This document shows positions 22,979-36,862 of a stretch of 64,000 nucleotides of DNA, in pieces (within the stretch, counting starts at the first letter, position 1; every line of letters begins with the position of its first letter). The position numbers and the translations under genes are program-made. Below the pieces are notes generated by a model. The model saw only the letters and a list, made by a program, of their open reading frames with translations. It was not told where the DNA came from and did not search any database. The DNA is from Camelus dromedarius (lineage: Eukaryota): contig NC_087436.1 of the NCBI RefSeq assembly GCF_036321535.1, positions 84,942,001 through 85,006,000 of the forward strand. Reading direction: 5' to 3'.

Positions 22979-23649
22979 CCCTTCATAACTTTTCGCCATG
23001 ATACTTGTTACTAAAATATCACTCTTGTGTCCTCTGTGAATTATTTCCATGCCAAAACAAAGAACAAAAAACCCTGCACTATTCCCCAGAGAACTCTGAG
23101 GAAGGAAGCTAATATTTTTCTCTCTAAAATGTGTAAGTGGTGTCAACATCTTTCCTAAATCAATGGGCAGTGAGTGCCGCTGTTTGCCCCAGTAGGGTGA
23201 ATGGATGAGGAAGCTTTGTTGTAGGGTAAGATGGCCAAAATTTGAGTTAAGCTATTTTTAATTTAAATATATTTTAAAACTTACATATTAATTTGTTCAG
23301 AAAGGCAGTGCAAATTTCAATCCATAAACTCCACAGCTGCTTTGCCCAGCTCTGCTAAACTGTTTCAGTTGGAGCCAAAATCTGAACCTTGCAATATTTC
23401 AAAGCACTTAGATGGTCACAGGGATAAAATGCTGCTGTCAGGACATCTTAACTCTCCATGATCCTGTAATAAGACTATGTTAAGAAACAGAGGGTAATGA
23501 CACAGACTTGCTGATTGAGACGTGGTAGAGGTCCTTAGGCATGGGAAAAGTGATTTGCTCAGAGACTGGAGTGGATTTTAGCTAAGACTGCTTACTTATT
23601 CATATTCTATCATCCAGTGAATGAAATCCAAATTCCCACAAGTTCAAAT

Positions 23650-23918
23650 CAGAGGTTGGCCTATGGGCCATTTCTGGTCTGCAGGCATTTTTTGAAAATT
23701 TGCTAACAACTTAAACTCATAAAGATCTCTCATAAAAATCAACCATTTTGGCTTCCCTTTAAAAACTGGAAGAGGTGGCTGGATCAGAATAATGTATACC
23801 CTTGGGGACAAGTCATGAGGTCTCTAGGTCTCCATTCTCCACCACTCCCTAATGTCTTCACCTGCCCCATTCCACTCATTCATTGCTACTTGTGGGTCAT
23901 TTGAGATCAGAGACCTTT
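23650..23918 (-). mobile_element. MER102-like hAT-Charlie element
   Basis: cagaggttgg...tcataaaaatc...ttggcttcc...cccaccactccctaatgtctt...cactcattc...catttgag. Confidence 0.65.
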
Positions 23919-24457
23919 AAGAATTATGCTCCAAACCAATGTCTCTTTCTCAAAAATCAGTGGGCAGCTGGATCCGGACAACAGGTTAAAACTGTATCAA
24001 TTAGTCAACTTTAGTTATTATCTACAAATAAAACATGAAAGAAGGGTGCAAAGAGAATGTTTCTGTGTAAAACAAACAAAAACTCCTCCTTGAGGAAATG
24101 CAAACCTATCCCTGGGCAGGAAGATTCGATCTCTGAAAGAAGAATGAATTGTGCAACTTCAAATATGTTTGCCTTTCTACTTGATCGTTAGAAACCCGGG
24201 AGATTGTGTTAGATCAGGCACAAGTAAGCAAGCTCCTTAGGAACTCTGAGGACTCAGCAGTATGGATAGGGACATGGACAATCTTAAAGTGTAGACAGAA
24301 GCAGCAGAGATTGGATAGGAAATGAAAAGAGGAGGAGGAGGAGAGAGGAAAAGAATGAGAGCCCAAGAGAGGGAGGAGAAAGAGAAGAGATGAGCATGGC
24401 TGTTCTTTCAGAGCCATTTTGATTCACTTTTGTTCTGGGCTGTTACTGTTAATTAAT

Positions 24458-24471
24458 CCACCAGGTGGTGC
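24458..24471 (+). promoter_or_regulatory. Candidate CTCF core motif
   Basis: CCACCAGGTGGTGC in non-repeat sequence; motif match only. Confidence 0.35.
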
Positions 24472-25239
24472 TCTGAAATACCAAATAAACTTCCCTCCGT
24501 TTAAAAAATTATATGGCCTGAACTTTCCACTGTTCACAGCTATCAAACCTGGAAATGACACATGTCTGATTACTCTTTATTTGAAAATAAAAATATTTGA
24601 AAACACATAAAATATTTTTAGTAGAAGGATGAAATTTAGGAGGAAAATTGGAGATCTATTTAAATTGTTATTTTCAGTGTTCTTTAAAATGTCTTTATAC
24701 TTTACAAAGTATAAATTCCAAAAAAGCCAAGAGAATTGCAATGAATATTTGTGCTCCCCAAATCGATGTGTTTACATATCCTCCGTTTCTCTGGGCTGAG
24801 CTGGCCCCCTGTGAGAGCCATCTGTCCCCACTATATGTGCATGGGAGGCTATGGGATGCTGAGAAGAGTTCACTGGAGGAGTCTAATTTTCTGCATTCAG
24901 CCTGTGCTCACCAAACACCCTGGCTCCACTCCCCATGTTTTGGTCTCTGCTTTTAGTATACTCCATCCTCTGGGGACCCCTCAGAAGCCGAGGGAGGTCT
25001 GGCTCATTCATCCAGCACCACACTTTCTCCTTGGCTGCCCCCAAACAGCATTCCCAGAGAGGTCTGACTCTCCTCCCCCTCCCATAGCCCCTGGAAGTGA
25101 ATTTAGACTATTTTTTAAAGTCTAATTTATGACACAATATAATTTAAGGAGGGAAAAACAAATGACCTGAGGAGAAATAGGCACTGGGGGCTGTGTTCTC
25201 AAAGATTTGGCATTAAATAATTGTAACTATGACAAAAGA

Positions 25240-25530
25240 CAGTGTGAGTATAGCAACAATATTTTTAGAGTCAGATTGTCCTGAGTTCAAATTCTGACTA
25301 CCCTACATGTTACCTATGTGATTACGGCAAAATTAGTTTGCTTTTGTTTTTTCAATTGAAGTACTGTCAGTTACAATGTGTCAGTTCTGGTGTATAGCAC
25401 AATGTCTTAGTCATGCATAGATAGCCTCTTTGAGCCTGTTTTCTCTCCTGTGGAAGGAGGATAATAATTCCTACTCTGCATGGTTGTTGTGGGGATTAAA
25501 TGAGATCAGGTGCTTAAAGTACCTGGGTTA
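25240..25530 (+). mobile_element. MIR split by a short L1 insertion
   Basis: agagtcagattgtcctgagttcaaattctg...; resumes gcctctttgagcctgttttctc...ggattaaatgaga. Confidence 0.8.
25337..25420 (-). mobile_element. Very short lineage-specific L1 3' end
   Basis: ttttttcaattgaagtactgtcagttacaatgtgtcagttctggtgtatagcacaatg. Confidence 0.8.
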
Positions 25531-27217
25531 GTCGGCGGCCTGTCCATTTCAGGGCCCTTTCTTTTCCCTTCCTTACCTTATATGTGGGCTACAACTCAAA
25601 ATTTGTCCTCCAGTGCTGGTAACAGAGACACTTCTGTGCTCCCCTAAGCCTTACTCCTGTCTCAGTAATCTGCTTTCACACTTTCCTGACACGGACCATT
25701 GGCTGGATCTCCACTACATGGCTACTTCAGTTCCTCATTGCCTTGTGCTCTGTGCTGCTGGGATGACCACCTGATGTGGTTTGTTCTACTTCTCTATGGC
25801 CAGTTGTCCGCCTGCCTTCTGGAATGGCCACTGTCCCTGCCATGCCCTCTGGGTACATCCTCTACTCCCTTCCCAGCAATGAAGTCCTTATTCCTGCTGC
25901 TGGGTTAACTCCCTAAATAACTGTCCTACTATGAAGGCCTCCTCGAAATCACTGGGCCTGATGCTTTAGGAAGAGAGCTGTCCAGCTGCACCATGCATAG
26001 CATCTCTTGGACACCTGAAAGTATGCAGAAAAATTGTGATTTTTAAATTGGGCTTGGAATCCAGTGGTCTGTCTATCCTGAAGGAGACTGCTGGCCTCTG
26101 GTAGGACAGCTTGAGGATCAGCAAAAGCTCCCCCTGTAATGTTGCACCCTCATAAAACCTGGGTCCTTTCAAGGCAGGAGTCCATACAGGGGAGCCCCAG
26201 GCAGCATTGCCAGGGTTGTGATAGGTAGTCTGAAAGGTGAGGTGAGGCAGTCAACAGAAGGCTGAGTGAAGGGCGCAGATGTTATGTGTTCTCAGAACAG
26301 GTGGTTTGGGCCCAAGGCCAAATACACTGACAGAAGGAGATACAGGAGCCTGTGGATGGGAAAGCTGCCAGCTGGGAACACCCGCTGGGAGACATGGTTT
26401 ATCTGGGGATTCTTATTTATGTATATTTTAAAACCAGTTTAATAATTCCTGGATATAGCTTTGTCCTGTATTTCTGAAACAGTTTTTAATGCTACAAAGA
26501 GCCCTTTAGAAAATCCATTTATCTGAATTATTTTTTGTTCTCTTAAATGCTTTTTCTGCCATGAAGAATTGACTCAACTTATTAAAATTTATCCTCATGC
26601 AGATTTTACATTAAATGCTTAAAACCCAAGCACTTAAAATTCTGAGGGAAGTAAGAAACATTTTTTAATAGACTCTGCAAATGTGCCACTTTATTAATGG
26701 TAGAAATGGTTGTGAAAATCTGTTCCTTTTCCTAGATAGTGTTCCTAATTACAGATACAGAAACGTTGTAGAAATTCTCATTTGATCAAGTTCAGGCGTC
26801 TTGTAAAGCTGGTTCTTAATGCAGATTTTATCTTCAGGACTTTAGTCTGCTTTCCACAAACAGTAACAACTATTTGAGCAAGAAATCAAAGTGCTTGTGG
26901 CCCCAGTGATCCCAAAGCCATAGTTCTCGGGAGGCCAAACTAAGATGCTTCAACTCACCAAAGTCTTTTCTTCTTAACCTCCTCCAAAAGGTAATGCAGT
27001 TAACAGCTCTGCAGTTCATTCCAAATCGCACATGCTATCATTCTCTCTCTTTAAAAAAAAAACCCCAAAACAGAAAACAAAATCTGAATGCTTTTTTCCT
27101 TGAATAGTGCAGGTAGAAAACAATTAGATCCATTTAGATCATAAAGTGTTTTTGGTTTTATTTTAAATTTTGCTTAAGAGGAACTTTAAAAATCAGTGTA
27201 AAGTTTGGATCTTAAGG

Positions 27218-27682
27218 GCACGCTCAAAAAGCCAGTCTCAAAAGCTTGTGTATTGTATGATAATATAAAAGCCTCAGATGACAAAGTTACAGTAATGGAG
27301 AGCAGACCGGTGGTTGCCCTGGGCAGTGTTGGGGGAAGGGTGTGACGATTAAGGAATAGTACCAGGAAGTTTCTTTGTTGTGATAGAACTGATTGAGGTG
27401 TTGGTTACTTGAAACTACACATGTGGTGAAACTTTATATAACAATTGGGCAGAAAAGAAAAGGAAAAAAAGAAGAAAAAAGTATATAAAATCTGTGAGAT
27501 CTGAATAAGCTGAGCTAATAATATTGAAAAACATCAGTGTCCTGCCTTTGACAATGTGCTAAGACTATGTAACATGTTATTTTGGGGGGAAGCTGGGAGA
27601 AGGGTACAAAGGAACTTTACTACTTTTACAGTTTCTGGTGAGCCTTAAACTATTTCAAAGGTAAAGATAATTTAAAAAAAAA
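27218..27682 (+). mobile_element. L1MC/L1MD-type 3' end
   Basis: aaaagccagtctcaaaag...atggagagcagaccggtggttgcc...ggggaagctgggagaagggtac. Confidence 0.8.
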
Positions 27683-28193
27683 TTCAATGGATAGAATTAA
27701 TTAGATACATGAAGGGTTTCTTTTCTTTTCTTTTCTTTTTTTAATGCGAGAGTGTAAGTTCTTTGAGTACCTATGTAAGTGATACTAACTGCTTTAGGGA
27801 AAAGGAAGGTTTGCAATAATCCATAGCAATTTTCCAGTTATGGTTTCCTAAGTACTGTTTCCTTTTAGTGATAGTTTCTTCTTCCCTCCTGTTTGCCCAG
27901 TTTCTGTCAATTTCCTATTACACGTGCTCCTTTACAACATGTGAAAACTCTGTGCTTCTCTCTTTCCCACTGTCTTCTGTTTATTGTGCATAATGTAATC
28001 TCTTTCCCGACAAAACCCACATCTGGGTATATAACCCACATTTCATGTATAGTTATGAATTTGTTCCCTAGTCTGAGTGCACTTCTGCTTATTTCTAGGG
28101 AGAGAATGGGATATTGGAAGAATCTTGACCAGCAAGTGGAGGTAAAGCAGAGAAGAGAATTTCTCTTTATTTATACTTTATCAAGAGTTCCTT

Positions 28194-28366
28194 GGGGGAA
28201 AGGTATAGCTCAAATGGTAGAGCACATGCTTAGCACACATGGGGACCTGGGTTCAATCCCTGGTACCTCCTCCAAGCGGAAATCAATGAAGAAATATAAT
28301 TACCTCAACCTCATAAAACAAACAATACAAGAAAAAGACAACAAAACAAAATGCAGCCATTAAAAC
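28194..28366 (+). mobile_element. Camelid Vic-1-type SINE, variant with long tail
   Basis: gggggaaaggtatagctcaaatggtagagcacatgcttagc...ctgggttcaatccctggtacctcc...taattacctc plus CA-rich tail. Confidence 0.85.
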
Positions 28367-28928
28367 AAGAGTAAGAGCCTTGGCATTTAAACACCTGAAT
28401 TATTCCTTTGCACGATGTAGTCTTGAGAAATAGGGCTGTCACTTTCTGGATGTGGAAATTAGGGCTCCAGTGAACTGATCTGTTTATGGCAGGGCTCCAG
28501 TGCTCATAGGAAACTAGAGGAGATCCTGAGAGGCAAACTGTCACAAACATCCCAGCCACAGAGTTGTGTGGTGGTAAAACCCTTCCAGCCCTCTTGATGC
28601 AAATGGAAGATTTAGGCTTGTGTGGTTTTCCTGTCTAAAAGGGTCTGGGTGTCCTTGAAGCTTCACCCTCTTGAATTCATCAGGGTCATGGTGGGCATAA
28701 TCATGTGACAGATCTCCCTAAAGAGGAGAAGGGATATGAGAGGATTTGAATAGTGCTATGAAGCTGAGGAGACCCTTCTCACAAGAGAACCTGTCTCCTG
28801 CAGCCTTGGAGGATGCTCTGGAGGTGGACAGTACTCTCAGGTGAGGCAAGAGCAGGCCAGTAGAGGTGGACATGAGATGTAAGGAAATGATTAGTGAGTT
28901 CTACTGGGCCAAGAGTAGGTCTTGTAGG

Positions 28929-28995
28929 ATTTCTGTTGTTTATAAGCCACCCAGTCTATGATATTCCATTATAGCAACCCAAATGAGCTAAGACA
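28929..28995 (+). mobile_element. MaLR LTR 3' terminus (MLT1/MST)
   Basis: atttctgttgtttataagccacccagtctatgatattccattatagcaacccaaatgagctaagaca. Confidence 0.8.
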
Positions 28996-31113
28996 ATCGT
29001 AGAATGAATAATGGATATTACAACTGCTTTAAAAAAATCCAAATAATAGCTTGTGGTATCCTAAATTCTGATAACTTTGTTTTCCTCTTCCAACAGAAAT
29101 CCCCCATTATTCTTTTTATGGTCAAAAGAAAAGATGGATTTCTTGGTTCACTGTTCCTTAATACTGATACTACAGGTTATATTGCTGTATTTTGTATCCT
29201 AAGCTTCTCTTTTAGAATCAGCAAATAAATATTTGAGTAAAATTTATTAAATGAATTAGAAGACTAGGCTCTCTACATCTATCAGAATCTTTTCTGTTAA
29301 TCACACTTCTACCTATTGGCTATAGCCTTGTTTCTTCTGTGAAACCTCACCGGGCTCCTTTATCTATATGTGACTTCTCCATCCTTTGAAAGCCTTTATG
29401 TCTTTATGACACTCATTCATATGGCATGCTTTGCATTCTTCCTTTTACTCTTCAACAGCGTTTCATTTACCTTTATATAGTATTTATTTATAACCCTTCT
29501 TGTTCCATTAAGGAAACCTATGGAAGAAAATATAAATGAGAAAATGGTAATGAAAGGAAAATAAATATAGGAGTATAAGATAAAGCCAACTGTTGCAAAC
29601 ATTTATTGGGTACTTGCCATGTCCCACATGCTAGACTATCCCTGCTTTCCTGGAAAGCGGGATTGAGTCGGGACAGAGCTGTGACTTATAGACCATTTCA
29701 ACCCTAGGAAGCTCTCAGAGACCAGCTTCAAACCATCACTAGAGGTTTGATGTTAATCATTTAGCCCCCTAGCTACCCAACTTCTCCCTGAAGCACTCAC
29801 TTCTTACTATCATTTGTCCTGGAAATTAGCCAATGTTATAGTCTCAATTGTGCTCATATTTTCCATTAAAGGACTTATTTTCTAACTCCATTGATATCTT
29901 GGTAGCTCTTCTCTGAACCTTCAAGATTTAAGGTTTCCCATACCAGACTCTAAGACCATTCCTATAATTATGCTGGGGAGACAGGGTATCCCTCAATTTT
30001 TCCAGGGAATGTCCATTCCAGCTTGTATGTACTTAGCATACACTATATAGTAAAATGAATGCCTAGCAGTTTTTCATCAAGTTATAGCTGCCTTTGTAAA
30101 AGAAACCTCATTTATATCTCATCTTCTCTACACTGACTAAATGGAAGCAAATAAGATACAGAAATTATTATTACTTTCCAAATGTTGTGAGAGTGCTGGT
30201 GATACCAACAGAGTCATTTTGGGCTCCAGAGCAAATTATGAATAGAAAGTTATGATTGTAAAATATGTGGAAGTGGAGATTATTACCATAGCTATGTAAA
30301 AAGCTACATTTCTCCCTCTCAAATCACTACCTAATTTCTATATTTTCACCAAATAATTTTGGAGAAAGTCCCTCCCAGGTCATTTGCATTTGCATTAGGA
30401 CCATTAGAAAAAAATCATGAGAATATTTACTCTAATTTTCTATTTATATCTCTATGTATGAAGGAAGAAGAAGAAAACTATGGTTGCAGTATAATTTTCA
30501 CTCTAATTGACCCTTTAAGTAGTACTTTTATTATAGTAACTATCACTTCAGATAATAACTAGTGATTAGAATTTTTTCCTCATTGGACTTATTTCTTCAA
30601 AAATGCTGAATTTTTGCTGCTCTCTTTGCAAAGTTTGACTAAGTTGCTAATTTAAGATCATGGGTGTAAATACTCTTCCACGAATTAGAGTTTTACTCCC
30701 AGGTGGCTCTGAGAAATGTTAATTTCCTGAGTCTTATTTTTCATTATATAATAAAGTCAGTTACTTTAACACAGAGGATATTAGACCCTGCTCCCCACAA
30801 GAGCCAGAATGTAGGTATTTATGTATATCAGAAGCTTTGCCATCATCATCTTTGGGCTTTTTCACAAGATGGGGTTGCATCTGGTACAACAGGGACAGAA
30901 GGTGTGGAGACCAAGGCATGCAGGGGTCAGCCTGCAATCCCAGGGGCAGGCAGGGTCTACTCTGGGAGGTCATTAAGTGATGCTTGGAGCCGACGGGTGA
31001 CATCAAAAGCCAAAGGGAAATAAGCCAGGAATCTGGGAACAACTGCTAGAGGGATCCAAATAAATGTGAAAAGGTAACTTTCTTGCTTAGGATAACTATG
31101 TGGTAAGTCTCTG

Positions 31114-31350
31114 GCCATATTTCTCAAGGTTTCCTGACCACAACTTAGTAAGAAATATATTTTATATCATGGTCTAATACACACTCGCACACAGCCCTGT
31201 GTTCAGAGTTTTAGGAAGATCCTTGCTCTCCCCATGGATGAGGCACCCTGATATTTTCAGTTCTCTAATTCCTATTTGATTTCATTTAAAAGGTGTTGAT
31301 AGGGGACTAGACTGGCTAATTGATAGAAATCCATAGCTTAAAATGTACTG
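31114..31350 (+). mobile_element. Charlie4a-like hAT element
   Basis: gaccacaacttagtaagaaatatattttatatc...tacacac...gcaccctgatattttc. Confidence 0.6.
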
Positions 31351-31449
31351 TCTTGGAGACTGGGGAAATGGGATGAAGACAGTATATACAAAAAAAAAGG
31401 CTAGCGGACATGGTGTCTGATTTTAAGGAGATTGAAACTCCTTGGGAAG

Positions 31450-32090
31450 TTAGAATGTAACACATGAAACAACAAAATAACACATTTAGAGTAGAATAAA
31501 TCAAAAGAAGCAAACTAACAGGCAAATCACTATTAAACAAGTCAGTTTTAGAAGCGTTGGCTTAAGATATGAATAGTTAAGGTCAGCGATTAGAGGTTTC
31601 CTGGAAACGTAAGTATAAAGCTTGCTTTTGAGTGACATGAATGAATGGAGATCCCAGGAGGAGTAAATAGCCCAGACAGTGTAATAGCAAGCTCCTACAG
31701 AAGACCCTGAAGTGTGGTTCTTGGTTGGAATGGAGACTATGTGTAGTACAGAAGGATGAGGGCAATAACTCAGTAGAGAGGGGGTAGGTGGAAGCTTTCA
31801 ATACTTTCACCAGCCTCGGGCAGTAGAAAAAAACTACCTTTGCTTATAGAAATGACATGATGTAATTGTGTTTAAGGATTATTCTAGTGACTTTGCTGAA
31901 AGAGGATGCTTTGCGATCAGATTTATTGGAGACAAGGAAGACTGTTGTGACTTAGTGTGAATAACCTGATCTAATGTCACAGAAGTGAAAATTTAAGAAG
32001 GGAAGGACCCAGGAGATGGGGACACATTTGGCTCATATACATCAGTTTTGTGACCTGTCTTTTCCTGGTATAAGACCCAATGCTGTGTGT
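31450..32090 (-). mobile_element. L2 fragment (highly degenerate)
   Basis: gaaatgacatgatgtaattgtgtttaaggattattctag...tggagacaaggaagactgtt. Confidence 0.5.
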
Positions 32091-34460
32091 GACTTGAGAG
32101 GCAGTTAGAGGGGCTGCTTGTCCATAGTTGCCTCTGTTGCTCTGAAAGGCACTATCTTTCCTCCAGCCTGACCTGGAATTACCATTATTCATCACTACCG
32201 GGTTAAACCACAAATATTTGTACGCAGTAGGTTGGAACAGGAGCTGTTTATCAGCCTCCCTACCATCTCTGAAAAGTGGTACATACCTTTAAGGAAAACT
32301 GCCAGCTCTTTTAAAAAATTGAGCCCAGACCCTCTGAGGCAAGAAGGTGGCTGGACCTCAGAGCCCCGACTCCTCTTTCTAGAGGTTCATCTTCCTCTTG
32401 GGGATCTCACTAATTGCTCCTGTTAGTGCTGGGGTCACCCTTCTGTACCTTGCCTACCTAGGAAGATCTAGGCTGGGGTTCATTAAGGGAGCTGGATGGC
32501 AGGTTTAGCTGCAAGAACCCTTTAACATGAAGCATGCTGTATCTCAGAACCTCAAAAGTGCATAAATGGCAGCCGATGTGGGATGATGAATACTAAGCCC
32601 TCCCTTGGCCTTTATGACCATGCGGCCCTCACTGTTCACTGCTTTGGTTAAAGTTGCAAGTTGAACTCTCCCCATTACTAGCTGGGAAGACCCCTTACAG
32701 ACAAGGTTAGCATCTTATTCATCTTCACAGCCCCTTACTATGTGACACACAGTACTTTGCATTGGTGTTTGTAAATAAATTAGTAGCACAATGAGAATAT
32801 AAGGCATTGTTATTCTAGGTATCTTGACAAGGCTGAAGTTAAAATTCATTATCTTTTATTTAGGAGAATAACCCTAAATTAATTATTAGAAATAAGTTCA
32901 TCCAATTAGTATAAATTAGTTTAGTAGACACTTTAGTAGAAATTAGTTTGTCAAATTAGTTATTTGGCCTTGGATTGGCTCCCCCGTGGATGGAGACTAT
33001 CAAGGTGAAGTCCACAGGAAGCTGCCAAGGAGCCTCAGAGATGCCCAAAGAAAGGAAATATATAAAAACAGAAGCAAAGCACCAAAATTGAACTTCATTT
33101 ACTTAATAATCTTACCTCAAATTATTCTGCCTATACCCTTGCACATTTACTTAAATGGTATCTCCTCCTCCCCTACTTTTTAATGCTGTATTTCTTCAAT
33201 ATCTCCAAATAGAGCAGACATAGAACATGGTGTTGCTTTTCAAGACTAAGCACTGTGGGCTGTCTCTCCCCTAAGCCCCCTGCCCCAAATCTACAACACT
33301 GGCACAAAGAAGATGCTTAAGAATTAATTATGAGTGGAAAATACATACAACTTCATACAGTGAGGCACTGTCTCTTTTGTGCACTTCATCTGTAGCCTAG
33401 TACATAATAGTTTCAATGAGTATTTTTGTATGAATAAATAAATTTTCTCAGTGGTCTCTGAATTCCACTCTCCCCACTCCCTTTTCTTCCAGGGCTGGAA
33501 CTATCATTCTCCCTGACAGCTTAAACTCTCACTTCCTTGTATTCATCACATCTGTAAGCACACAATAGAAGCATTACCTTCTTCAGTTAAAATTCTGGCA
33601 GAGAGCTACAACCAACAATTCTATCCTTAAATGACTTTCATATTTGTGATCAGATAGAGCTAAGAGGCTAATTGAACCTGGCCACAGATTTCCCACTGAC
33701 ATTGGATGATTCAGTACTATCAACTCCCTTTTGAAGTTGTAAGTTAAATAATGTTCATGTGTCAGTGTAGAAGATGATGCATCTATGAACTCCACATTTC
33801 TTTTGTATTCAGTTACTCAGGGTTGTTGTCAGACAATTGCTCAAATGAACTACAAGGAAATATCTGTACATTCCTGTGTAATGAAGACAGGTTCTCCCAT
33901 CCTGAAAGATTTCCACACCATCCTTCCACCAAGAGGAACTCTTGATGTAACTTGAAGAAGTTTGGAAAGTAAGAATATTTATGTGTAATAATGTTGTAAA
34001 ACATTGGAGTTTATTTCTGAGTTGTAGTTCACCAATTCTGGGTCCATATACTTTTAAGATTATATTTATGTTTATTCATTTATATTAATATGAATTATAT
34101 ATGTAATTTATGTTTTTATTATATTTATCTTTATTACATGAAATATTTTTCAATATACCATAAAAGAAGGAAAAGTTAAAACGAACATTAACTTTTTCAT
34201 CAAATATCCTTCTACAACACCATTTTAAGAAGTGCTTAGTATTCTACATAATGACTGGATCATAATATGAGTAAGTTTAAAATAAAATTTGCAACAACAA
34301 AATATCTGCTCTTATTCAGGCATCCACAGTTTCTCCCAAGACTCCATTCTCAGCTGCTAGGAAGAAAACACTCAACACAAAGAAACCTCAACTCCGGGTA
34401 AGGTAAATGGTTTAAATTTGATGTCTCATTGACGATCTGGATCTTTTTTTTTCTAAAATA

Positions 34461-34750
34461 CAGAGGACTGATTGGTCCCAGGACTCCCAGTGGATACCAA
34501 AATCCAGGAAGCTCAAGTCCCTTACAGCACAGTATTTGCACATAACCTAGGCAATCCTCCTGTATACTTTAAATCATCTCTAGGCTACGCATGATGCCTA
34601 ATATGATGTAAATGCTAAGTAAATAGTTGCCTTCCCTGGCAAATTCAAGTTTTGCATTTTGGAACTGTCTGGAATTTTTTTCTGAATAGTGTCAATTTGC
34701 TGTTGGTTGAATCCATGGATGCAGAAATCGTGGATACGGAGGGCTGACTG
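34461..34750 (+). mobile_element. MER2B-type TcMar-Tigger element
   Basis: Flanked by TA on both sides; ggataccaaaatcc...gctcaagtccctta...gttggttgaatccatggatgcagaa...ggatacggagggctgactg. Confidence 0.9.
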
Positions 34751-36602
34751 TATCAAGGATCTTTGTTCCAAGGGGTGCAGAGTAAAGAAACAGGAAGATC
34801 CCTCTTGTCTTGGCATTCACCAAGGGAACACCCCAAATTCCTGTGTTCATTTCTTTAAGTCTCGGATGGTACCTAGTTGCCAAGATGATAATTACTTTTT
34901 CAGAAAGTTTCTAGGGTGAGAAATCCACTTTTCTCTGTGATACAGGGTGATCTAGAAAGCTAGACAAGATAAATAGCAAGATTTTGCAGGATCTTCCTTG
35001 ATTATACTTAATAACACTCTTATAATTAATTTTAAGAATAAATCCGCAGTCATTTGTAAAGCAGCAACTCTTTGTTGGAATTGGGGCACAAATGTGAGTA
35101 AGACCCAATCTTGTAAAGAAGAGAGCTTTTCATCTCTGTTGGCAAAGTAAATCATTATTTGTGAATGCTTCTGAAGAGTATAAATTATTTATAAATAACA
35201 TCTGTGGTTTTTTTTAAAAAATGTAATTCATTATCATACACGTCTATTGCATACATAGCCTGGCCTGCTTCCTGCAGAGTCTCATACTTCTGTCCTGTGG
35301 CTCCATTCCTGGAAGTCTGGCTTGCTTCCATATTTGCCAGTCCTTAGTAATGAATTACCAAAAGGAAATATTTAGTAACAAAAGACAGAAGTTGTATTTA
35401 ATACCTACACTGATAATCATCAGCTTGGTGTGGGTCCTTAGTGTCCCACAAATAGATGTGTTCTTTCAGAGGAGGATGTAACCATTGCATCTTCCTCCAC
35501 TGATGGCTGTCCTATCAGCTCTTCCCAAGGTTAACAGTTCCCTATTCAATGAGAAATTTCTGTTCTCCCAAGAGCATTAGCTACTTCCTTTTTCCTTCAT
35601 TGATTCATCAAATATTTCTTGTTCACCTACTCTATAGTTTGCTGCTTTTTGTTTATGACACCATGTGTCTTGGGCCCAAGGCATTTCTCTGACTTTGTCA
35701 AAGTCACAGTTTTGATAATTGTTCTAGCGCATATCCTAGATACACTAGAGGTTTTCACTGGTACTTGGGCTTATAGTAAAGCAAGGTAACTCAAGTTTAA
35801 TTGAATGTGCTGTGCTGTATTTGATGGGAGTAATGAAAATTACAAGCATTTAAAAATCTGAATTACTTTAATAAGGACAAAGTGATTTCATAAATTAATT
35901 AATATATCACTTATTAACTGCCATTAAACACTTGTTAATTAAATACAGTGGTAGAGTTAAATAAAAAGGTGGATGATTTCCTAAAGGAGATGAAATTGTG
36001 ATTTAAACATCTTTCTTAATTGGCTTAAAAGATAAGCATGGTACAATTCACCCAGGACTGGGAAGGCTGATGAAAGGCTCCACACAAATGGAGTGTTTTC
36101 AGAACAAGAAACAGTGAGGACTATTTTCCAGAGAATGATCATATTCTATTTTACTCTACTTCAGTGGTTATTAATTTTCTTGGTTAATGATTCAATATAC
36201 ATAAGTCAACTAATGTTTATTGAGTATGTCTTATATGCCAGGCATTTAGGGCATAAGCACTGAGGATTTGTTTGAACATTATTGAGCTCTCAGAAGGTGT
36301 ATAGACCTCCAAAGTTCATCCATGGAGACCTTAGGTCTGTGGATTAAATTTAAGGACCCTTGCCCTATTTGAAGTTATTCAAGCAAGGAACAGTACGTGT
36401 GTCGTAGGACTAGGCACTTAACTTCCCTAGGCTTCCATTTTTTTTTTTTTTTTTGCCTATTAAATGAGAGTGGTAAATGAAAGCCTTTTATTTCTAAAAA
36501 TCTGTGAATCTATGAATAGATGTTATAAAATATGCTTGTCTGTCTGTGTCATTGATCTCTCTGTTACTCCTGTTTTTATATGGAGATAGAAAAGAATAGT
36601 AC

Positions 36603-36862
36603 AAAACCAACCATAAGGATGGGAAGGGATGAATTGGGAGTTTGAGATTTGCAGATACTAACCACTATATATAAAACAGAAAAACAAGTTTCTTCTGTAT
36701 AGGGAACTATATTCAATATTCTGTAGGAACCTGTAATGCAAAAGAATATGAAATGAATGTGTGTATGTATATGTATGACTGAGACATTATGCTGTACACC
36801 AGAAATTGACAGAACATTATAAACTGACTATCCTTCAATAAATTTTTTAAAAATTTAAAAAA
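36603..36862 (+). mobile_element. Lineage-specific L1 3' end
   Basis: gggaagggatgaattgggagtttgagatttgcagatac...tgctgtacaccagaaattgac...aataaa; same family as 6341-6637. Confidence 0.9.

Noticed and set aside
27893..28363. 156-aa ORF (and the 163-aa ORF at 48158-48649)
   Set aside because: They read through a SINE and a MER5A respectively, have non-ATG starts and show no homology I recognise.
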